DNA from: an uncultured Candidatus Saccharibacteria bacterium
Lineage (GTDB): Bacteria; Patescibacteriota; Doudnabacteria; UBA920
Assembly (NCBI GenBank): GCA_964384035.1
Contig: CAYLIB010000005.1
Span: 41,107 to 105,106 of the forward strand
Direction: 5' to 3'
DNA: 64,000 bases
This document shows, piece by piece, positions 57,662-64,000 of this stretch. Position numbers and translations under genes: made by a program. The notes under the pieces are model-generated. The model did no database searches. It saw nothing but the letters and a program-made list of their open reading frames with translations, and was not told the DNA's origin. How positions within the stretch are numbered: position 1 is the stretch's first letter; the number at the start of each line of letters is the position of its first letter.

Positions 57662-59185
57662 TCATCTTAAATCTGCGTTAAATTGTTCTTTGGTTTGTTC
57701 GTATAGTTTAGCTTGTAAAGGCTCTACTTCTTCTGTTCTTAGAGTCCTGTCTGGTCTTCTGTAAACCACTCTATAGGTGTAGCTAATTTTACCTTCACCA
57801 AATTTAGCTGGATTTTCGTATTTATCCAGGAGTTCTACTTCCTCAATAAGGTCTCCTCCTATGTCCCTAATTAGGTCGAAGTAATTATTTGGGATGAAAT
57901 CGTTATTTACTATGAATGAAATGTCTCGGGTTATTGGAGGGAACTTGCTGACTTCTACAAATTTTTGTCCTAAATGTAGTTGTTTTAAGACTCTGGGGTC
58001 TTCAGACCATAGTAATCTGATATCTGGAAGCTCCATACTAAGGATGGCAAGTCTCTCTAGGCCAAATCCAAATGCCCAACCATTATAAATTTTAGGATCA
58101 ACACCCAATTTTTTTAGTACGCTTCCTTTTACAACACCACTTCCTAATACTTCAATCCAATTTCCGTTCATTTCAATTTCCATTTCTAGGCTTGGGTCCG
58201 TGTATGGGAAAGTATCTTTGTTAAATCTAAAATTTACTTTTTCTCCGAATACAGCTTTTGCAATACTTGAAAGAATGGTCTTTAAATCCTCTTCGGTAAT
58301 AATTTTTTCTGATTTTGGAACTAAATACCAACCATCCATCTGATGAAAAATGTTCATGTGTCTACGATCTATTTCGTCTTTTCTGTAAACTTTACCGAAG
58401 CAAAGAGAGCCAACTGCATGATTATTCGCAATTCGTTTTTTTATCTCTTCTTGAGCGAGGTAGTAATACCACATAACAGTGGTGTGTGTGCGTAGTATGT
58501 TGGACTCGTCGACATAATAAGTATCAGATTTAGAACGTGCGGGGTGGTCTGGGGCGAAATCGAATAGATCGAAACTAATACTAGCAGGAACTATTTCTGG
58601 AATTTGGATAATATCGAAACTTTCGAAGTCTGGTAAGTTCACAATTCTATCAGCCATCTCTTTAAGTGGACTACCATTTTTTCTTGATAGATCGGGCATG
58701 TTTAAGTATCTCTTGATACGCAGATTTTCTGCGTCGGTTTTATTTTCAAGTGCCTTTTCCAATTTAACTGCCTCGTTAGAATGTATAGTGATTTTATTCT
58801 TAGCTTGGTTATTTATCATTTCTGGGGAGAAAGGTTCGCCTGGTTTGGTGTCGTTTTTCAAAATAAGTATTTTTGGTCCCTCATCTTCACCAAGTCCTAA
58901 TTCGAAAGCAGCACAAATCATACCTTGGCTTTCAATACCCCTTATAGTAGCTTTCTCTAAAACGAAAGATTCGTGTGTTTCAGAATGAATATTTTGTGGT
59001 ATTTGTGCGCCTGGTAAGGCAAGTGCAACTATTGCCCCTTCGTCGAAATTCCATGCACCACAGACTACAGGGTATATTTCCTTGTCCCCTAAGGATAGAG
59101 TAATAATTCTTAATTTATCTGCATTTGGATGTTTTTCGACTTTGATTACCTTAGCAGCGTAGATTTCGCTATATTTTTGTTCCAT
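57662..59185 (-). CDS. pheS: Single-chain phenylalanyl-tRNA synthetase: PheT-type tRNA-binding domain + PheS catalytic core + PheT-type FDX anticodon-binding domain
   Basis: N-terminus HPNADKLRIITL...VVCGAWNF...RGIESQGMICAAFELG (EMAP/PheT-like tRNA-binding domain); core DHPARSKSDTYY, LRTHTT, GKVYRKDEIDRRHMNIFHQMDG, FPYTDPSLEMEI, GFGLERLAIL (PheS motifs 1-3); C-terminus KFPPITRDISFIV...LLDKYE (PheT C-terminal domain pattern). Confidence 0.75.
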   Translation of the reverse strand: MEQKYSEIYAAKVIKVEKHPNADKLRIITLSLGDKEIYPVVCGAWNFDEGAIVALALPGAQIPQNIHSETHESFVLEKATIRGIESQGMICAAFELGLGEDEGPKILILKNDTKPGEPFSPEMINNQAKNKITIHSNEAVKLEKALENKTDAENLRIKRYLNMPDLSRKNGSPLKEMADRIVNLPDFESFDIIQIPEIVPASISFDLFDFAPDHPARSKSDTYYVDESNILRTHTTVMWYYYLAQEEIKKRIANNHAVGSLCFGKVYRKDEIDRRHMNIFHQMDGWYLVPKSEKIITEEDLKTILSSIAKAVFGEKVNFRFNKDTFPYTDPSLEMEIEMNGNWIEVLGSGVVKGSVLKKLGVDPKIYNGWAFGFGLERLAILSMELPDIRLLWSEDPRVLKQLHLGQKFVEVSKFPPITRDISFIVNNDFIPNNYFDLIRDIGGDLIEEVELLDKYENPAKFGEGKISYTYRVVYRRPDRTLRTEEVEPLQAKLYEQTKEQFNADLR

Positions 59186-59254
59186 ATTAAAATCATTTGA
59201 ATATAGCTAATGTTATCATAAAAAAGCCCATTTGTAAGTACAAATGGACATATT

Positions 59255-60706
59255 TTAGTATTTTCTACACTCTTCTTGATTACAGAGATAGCCAGTGGTT
59301 CCTTGAGAAGGGCTTTCTAAAACGGCTTTTATAGTGAACGAGTCGAAATTTGTACCCACTTGATAATCGTAGTCTGACTGAGTTTTGGGATCCTTGGGTA
59401 TTTGGGAGAGAAACTTTGGTACCAATTCTGATTTATATTTGGAAACTGGAGGGAATACAAAACTCTGATTACCTGCAATTTTTGTGGTTGAGTATGTAAT
59501 GAGTGCTGTCCTAAGGCTTTCCAGATCCTGCATTCTTTGCTCGTCTCTTAAACCAGAATCTTCTGAGACATAGTCCTTTTCAGCTGTAGACGAACTATAT
59601 TTTATTAATGTCTTTTGTGTTTCGCTATAGTATGTTAGATAGAAAGTTTTGCCATCTTGAGAGTTATATGTATAAATATAAGGTTCTTTGTTTATGGGAT
59701 CTTGGCTACTAGTAGCGACAAGATTATATGGTTTTATTTTACTAGTCATTTCTGTGAAGCTTTCGGTAATAGGATAACTGCCGACATCGTTTTTGTATTT
59801 TACTAAAGAGACTCCTAATTTTTTCATAGTTGAACTTCTTTGTGTATCTCGGTCGAGGAGTGCTTCGGGTGTTATATCTAGGCCTGTTGGTAGGTTAGAG
59901 TTTGTTTGAGTGGGGGTTGGTGAGGGTTGTGCGGAGTCTGAGGTAAAACCATATATATTTATTAGGGAGTCTCCTAATGTAGATATAGTAGGTTGGTGTA
60001 CCCCAAATTGTTTTATTTTAGATGATATTTCTGAAATTCTTTGTGCCGTGTATTTTTTTCCAGGTGTCTTGCTGTCATAACCAGATCTTGCATCATCTGC
60101 ATCGCTATACTTACTGCTTCCTGTGGTGCTTATCTGTAGAGGACTTGTATCAAAAATATTAACTTCATCTCCATCTGCTATTCCTTCGCTATCACTATCT
60201 GGGTTATTAGGGTCGGTGCCAAGTTTGAATTCATCTACGTTGGTTAACCCATCGTGATCTGGGTCAGATTTGTCACCGCAAAGTTGTTCCTCCTTACATT
60301 CGGAAAATTTAAAATATTTTTGTAACCAGAGTGAAGTGATTTCGCTTTTTGGTGTAGTTGGTTGGTTAGAAGTTGTAGGTTTTGGTTTTGGTGTCAAGAC
60401 GGAGACGGGAATTTCTGCTTCTGGAGGGGTTTCTAGGATATATTTGTATACAAAATAACCTGCAACTGAAAATACAATTATTGTAATTAAAATTGCTATC
60501 AGTAAAGTACGGTTTTTTTTAATAAAATTACTAATTTTTTGACTTTCTTGATCGTTTTCTATGGTGTTTTCTTTATTTGTGATTTCTGGGTTGGTCCTCG
60601 GTCCTTCTAATCTGTTTTTTGAAGGGACGTTAAAAAAAATGTTTTTAGTAACGATAGGAGTTACGTTAGAATTTACTGCTTGGGTTTCTTTTGACTCTTG
60701 GGTCAT
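59255..60706 (-). CDS. Membrane-anchored surface protein with thrombospondin-type-3 Ca-binding repeats and C-terminal pilin-like globular domain
   Basis: TM at residues 66-88; Pro/Thr linker; DPDHDGLTNVDEFKLGTDPNNPDSDSEGIADGDE (DxDxDG repeats); C-terminal RDEQRMQDLESLRTALITY resembles the start of type II pseudopilin / type IV pilin globular domains. Confidence 0.4.
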   Translation of the reverse strand: MTQESKETQAVNSNVTPIVTKNIFFNVPSKNRLEGPRTNPEITNKENTIENDQESQKISNFIKKNRTLLIAILITIIVFSVAGYFVYKYILETPPEAEIPVSVLTPKPKPTTSNQPTTPKSEITSLWLQKYFKFSECKEEQLCGDKSDPDHDGLTNVDEFKLGTDPNNPDSDSEGIADGDEVNIFDTSPLQISTTGSSKYSDADDARSGYDSKTPGKKYTAQRISEISSKIKQFGVHQPTISTLGDSLINIYGFTSDSAQPSPTPTQTNSNLPTGLDITPEALLDRDTQRSSTMKKLGVSLVKYKNDVGSYPITESFTEMTSKIKPYNLVATSSQDPINKEPYIYTYNSQDGKTFYLTYYSETQKTLIKYSSSTAEKDYVSEDSGLRDEQRMQDLESLRTALITYSTTKIAGNQSFVFPPVSKYKSELVPKFLSQIPKDPKTQSDYDYQVGTNFDSFTIKAVLESPSQGTTGYLCNQEECRKY

Positions 60707-60736
60707 GTTAGAAGATTTTTGAAAAATTCAGATTCT

Positions 60737-61114
60737 TTAATTTGATGAAACGAATATCATTTCTACAACTGCTAAAAATAATACTAAACTTATTATCACC
60801 CACCAATACAATAAAAATTGAGATTGAAGCATTAGTGAGCAAGCTACTAGTACTCCAAGTAAGAGACCTTGCCTAAAGCTTACCCAAATGGATTGCCCTG
60901 GTTGATCTAATCTGAGTATTCTTCTTAAAAAAATTCCTATTAATATAAATACACCAGAAGTCCAAAAGAATAAAGTTGAGTAAAATGCCAAATGTGTAGT
61001 TAAGCTTGCTGAGTACGGATCGGTATATAAAATAATAGAAACAAATGATACCAAAGACACGAGTGTCCCGGTAATAATTTGAATAAGGTAAGTTTTTGAA
61101 GTAATAGCACTCAT
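60737..61114 (-). CDS. Small membrane protein, unknown
   Basis: 125 aa, 4 TM. Confidence 0.3.
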   Translation of the reverse strand: MSAITSKTYLIQIITGTLVSLVSFVSIILYTDPYSASLTTHLAFYSTLFFWTSGVFILIGIFLRRILRLDQPGQSIWVSFRQGLLLGVLVACSLMLQSQFLLYWWVIISLVLFLAVVEMIFVSSN

Positions 61115-61159
61115 TTCTTCTATTAAATTATAACACCTCTTTGTGGATAGTACTAAAAA

Positions 61160-61381
61160 TTATTCATTTCCCTCTTCATTTAGGTGATCTTTTATAACCT
61201 TGAAATCATTTTCAATTTTTTTGAGTCGTGATTTAGCTTCCTTGATTAACTCCGCGGCTATTTTTGCTTTATTTAGGCCTTCCTCTAAGTCCAAGTCTTC
61301 TGTAGTTTCAAACCATTCGCTAATTTTTTGAAGTTCTGAAAGTTTATCTGTTAATTTTGTATTTTCTTTATTTGATTTCAT
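61160..61381 (-). CDS. xseB: Exodeoxyribonuclease VII small subunit
   Basis: 73 aa helical; SELQKISEWFETTEDLDLEEGL; overlaps the xseA 3' end. Confidence 0.65.
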   Translation of the reverse strand: MKSNKENTKLTDKLSELQKISEWFETTEDLDLEEGLNKAKIAAELIKEAKSRLKKIENDFKVIKDHLNEEGNE

Positions 61382-62634
61382 ATATTAGTACTTTCTACGT
61401 TAACTTTTGCATTTCCTTGCGTAAATTTCAGTATTAATTTGTCACCGATATTTAACTGATTTGAATTTTTAATAATTTTGCCACTCTTGGTATATGCTAA
61501 AGTATAACCTCTTTTGAGCATTTCTTCCGGATTATATGAATCTATTAAGGAAGAGATTGTATTAATTACGTTATTTTTTTCTTTTATGGAATTAGAAACA
61601 TTATTATTTATTAGTAAACAAAGTTGATCTATGGAAGAAAATGTTTTTTGAAGTTTGTATTCAAGGCGGTTTATATAAAAGTTTAGTTTCTGTGATATCT
61701 TTTCTATCGTTTTTCTTAAGTTGTTTTCTAGTATAAAAATGTTTTTTTCTGATTCCCAAATTTTAAAATTTGTAAGTTCAATTCTTTTTTCAATTTTTTC
61801 TTGAATTTTTTGGTAGGTTTGTATAATTGTTCTCTCGATTTTTGTTCTATTTTCATTTAACAATAATGCTGTAGCTGTTGGTGTAGAGCAGGAGTAATCT
61901 GCGGATAAACAGGCTAATGGTAAATCTTTGTCATGTCCTATCCCGGCTATTACTGGTATTTGGGTGTTATAAACAGCACGGGTGACCTCTTCGGTGTTAA
62001 AAGCTTGTAGATCTTCAAGGCTTCCGCCTCCTCTAATTAACACGCAAACATCAAAGTTTTTAGCATGTTTATTTACATATTTTAAAGCTTTTAGAAGTTG
62101 AGATTTAGAGTCCCTCCCTTCAACTCTGGTGTCTAGTACAGTAACTTTGATTCCTTGTGGGTTTAGGTTATTTTTAAAGTCAGCTAAAACAGCACCTGAG
62201 CTGGATGTGATAACAATAATGTTCTCAATGAGTTTTGGTAATTCTCGTTTTCTTTCGAAAAGAGCTTCAGAGGTTAATTTGGCTTTCAAAAGATCATATG
62301 CTTTTTTTAAGCTTCCTTCCCCTGCTAGTTCTATGTTTGTTGCTTGGAATCTGAAGGAACCTCTTCTTTTGAATATTTTAGCAACACCATGTAATTTTAT
62401 CAGCATACCTTCATCTAGTGGAACCTGTATTTTCTTATATGTGTATGGGTCGATATATATATCCAATAGTGCTTCTTGGTTTGGGTCTTTGAGGGTTAGA
62501 TATACCCCTGTTGGGTGGTTCTTATACGACGACACTTCTCCAATTATTGTAATTTTTTCAGTAGGTTTTAGCGCTAGGTTAATAAAATCTATATAGTCAC
62601 TGACCGAAAGTGATATTGATTCATAGGATAGCAT
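61378..62634 (-). CDS. xseA: Exodeoxyribonuclease VII large subunit
   Basis: OB-fold N-terminus; VITSSSGAVLADF; IRGGGSLEDLQAFN; IPVIAGIGHDKD. Confidence 0.85.
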   Translation of the reverse strand: MLSYESISLSVSDYIDFINLALKPTEKITIIGEVSSYKNHPTGVYLTLKDPNQEALLDIYIDPYTYKKIQVPLDEGMLIKLHGVAKIFKRRGSFRFQATNIELAGEGSLKKAYDLLKAKLTSEALFERKRELPKLIENIIVITSSSGAVLADFKNNLNPQGIKVTVLDTRVEGRDSKSQLLKALKYVNKHAKNFDVCVLIRGGGSLEDLQAFNTEEVTRAVYNTQIPVIAGIGHDKDLPLACLSADYSCSTPTATALLLNENRTKIERTIIQTYQKIQEKIEKRIELTNFKIWESEKNIFILENNLRKTIEKISQKLNFYINRLEYKLQKTFSSIDQLCLLINNNVSNSIKEKNNVINTISSLIDSYNPEEMLKRGYTLAYTKSGKIIKNSNQLNIGDKLILKFTQGNAKVNVESTNI

Positions 62635-62709
62635 CTGTTTAAATTTGAAAAATTATTGTAATTAATTATAAAACTTAAAAAAACATATACAAAATTATAA
62701 AAGAGTTAA

Positions 62710-64000
62710 TTATTTATAATCTTCAAATTGGCAAAAATGTTGAGGTTTAGATTTGTGTAATTCGAAAAATGTATCGTATTTTATTGCTTCTATAATATTA
62801 TTTATTTCACTTAGAATATTCTCTTGAAAGTCTAACATTTCATCAGGTGTAGAAAGTTTTTCAGATACTATTTCCCCTGCTTCTAAGTACCAATAACAAA
62901 GTGTTGAGACTTTTTCATTAAGGAACTCTTTGGAAGCCCATTCGTATACTCTAAGTTGGTCTAAGTCTGATTTGGTTTTTTTTGAAGGAACTTTACCTGT
63001 TTTGTAGTCTATAATTGCCAAGCCATCTGGGGTTTCATCGGCTCTATCTATTTTCCCAACAAAATGAAAATTACCTATTGGCAATTTGAAAAATTGCTCC
63101 ACATATTTTGGTTTAGGTTTTGTATCTATAGTTGCTTTATAAAAAATTTTTAGCATATCTTTACCTTTATTCTTGAATTCTTCCTTTTGTTTTTTAGTAG
63201 CGTACCAGTCGTCTATCCATGCTTTTTTATATAACTCCTCAAGTAATTCTATTTTGCCATAATCTACTACAGTGCTTTCTCCGAATAAGTCCATTTGCGA
63301 ATTATTTTTTCTATTAATAAAATCTTGCATGTATTCTTGAAATACACGATGCATTGTAATACCAAATGAAAGTTGAGGGGCGCCTGGCAAAGGGAGCTTG
63401 AGATAGTTTTTGTATTTATACTCTAGGGGACATTTTTCAAAAGTGGAGAGATCTGTAAAAGAGAAAGTTTCTGGGATGTCGTGAAAAACAATTTTATCTC
63501 TGTCTAATTGTGCCTTGTCTTTAAATACCACTTTGCCAGTGGATTTTTTATGCAAATTTTTAGAAATGAGTTCTGCTTCACTTAAGAATATTGAAGGTTT
63601 TTTTTCTTTTTTACCCCCGTAATCTTTCGCCCAAGAAAAATATATTCTTTTCTTTGCCCTTGTGATAGCGACATAAAATAGTCTTCTTTCTTCTTCTAAA
63701 TGGAAATCTCCGTCAGGTAGTATATCTTTTACCAGAGCATCAGGTAGATCGATGCCTCTATTTTTATCTCGACTAGGAAAGCGTTGATCTACCATGCCAG
63801 GCATAAATACATTTTCGAATTCTAATCCTTTTGAAGCGTGAATGGTTAAAATTTTAAGGCTTTCAGGGCCATTTTCAGGGTCAAATTTAATCTGGCCTTC
63901 ACTTCCGGCTTTCATTTCCAATTCCAAATTATAGAGAAAGTCAGTCAAATGCCTCTCTCCGGATTCTTGTTCGAAGTTTTCTATATATTTATAAAATTGT
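62710..64000 (-). CDS. UvrD/PcrA-family helicase fused to C-terminal PD-(D/E)xK (AddB/Cas4-like) nuclease; N-terminal part beyond window end
   Basis: Helicase motifs V/VI ILTIHASKGLEFENVF, YVAITRAKKRIY; nuclease GKIDRADETPDGLAIIDYKTGK with Cys (CPLEY, CYWY, HFCQFEDY). Reading frame stays open to position 64000. Confidence 0.7.
   Translation of the reverse strand, partial: QFYKYIENFEQESGERHLTDFLYNLELEMKAGSEGQIKFDPENGPESLKILTIHASKGLEFENVFMPGMVDQRFPSRDKNRGIDLPDALVKDILPDGDFHLEEERRLFYVAITRAKKRIYFSWAKDYGGKKEKKPSIFLSEAELISKNLHKKSTGKVVFKDKAQLDRDKIVFHDIPETFSFTDLSTFEKCPLEYKYKNYLKLPLPGAPQLSFGITMHRVFQEYMQDFINRKNNSQMDLFGESTVVDYGKIELLEELYKKAWIDDWYATKKQKEEFKNKGKDMLKIFYKATIDTKPKPKYVEQFFKLPIGNFHFVGKIDRADETPDGLAIIDYKTGKVPSKKTKSDLDQLRVYEWASKEFLNEKVSTLCYWYLEAGEIVSEKLSTPDEMLDFQENILSEINNIIEAIKYDTFFELHKSKPQHFCQFEDYK

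Overview
Low-GC (about 33-36 %) compact bacterial window using the standard code (TAA, TAG and TGA all end ORFs). Gene content and architecture resemble a small-genome, cell-wall-bearing bacterium of the Patescibacteria/CPR type; this taxonomic guess is inference only.

Three blocks:
(i) 1-11 kb: partial aspS, lgt, and a complete Flp/Tad type IVb pilus locus (flp, tadE, tadG-like, cpaB, tadA, tadB, tadC, tadV). No secretin and no TadZ.
(ii) 11-41 kb: accessory-looking region of mostly mono- or dicistronic genes with their own consensus promoters and terminators. It holds an MIO-type aromatic ammonia-lyase (TSG triad), a cupin, an AlkD-like glycosylase, a ThiF-fold protein, a compositionally foreign roughly 47 % GC gene, a stand-alone PD-(D/E)xK protein, a coupled nitroreductase-fold/PaaK-like ligase pair with an orphan histidine kinase, a def-fmt operon interrupted by tandem DnaQ-like exonuclease paralogs, a TagA-NUDIX fusion and a stand-alone HNH protein.
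(iii) 41-64 kb: minus-strand housekeeping string (pyrG, rplI, ftsXE, prfB, folA, thyA, tmk, dut, dcd, rplA, an SPFH gene, rplK, nusG, secE, gyrB, a fused single-chain PheRS, xseBA, a UvrD-type helicase-nuclease). Intergenic spacers here carry two families of repeated, partly palindromic elements.

No rRNA, tRNA, CRISPR array, transposase or integrase could be supported. Most interesting: the chimeric single-chain PheRS, the GC-rich foreign ORF, the ammonia-lyase/cupin/AlkD/ThiF neighbourhood, the nitroreductase plus adenylate-forming pair, the TagA-NUDIX fusion, and the intergenic repeat families.
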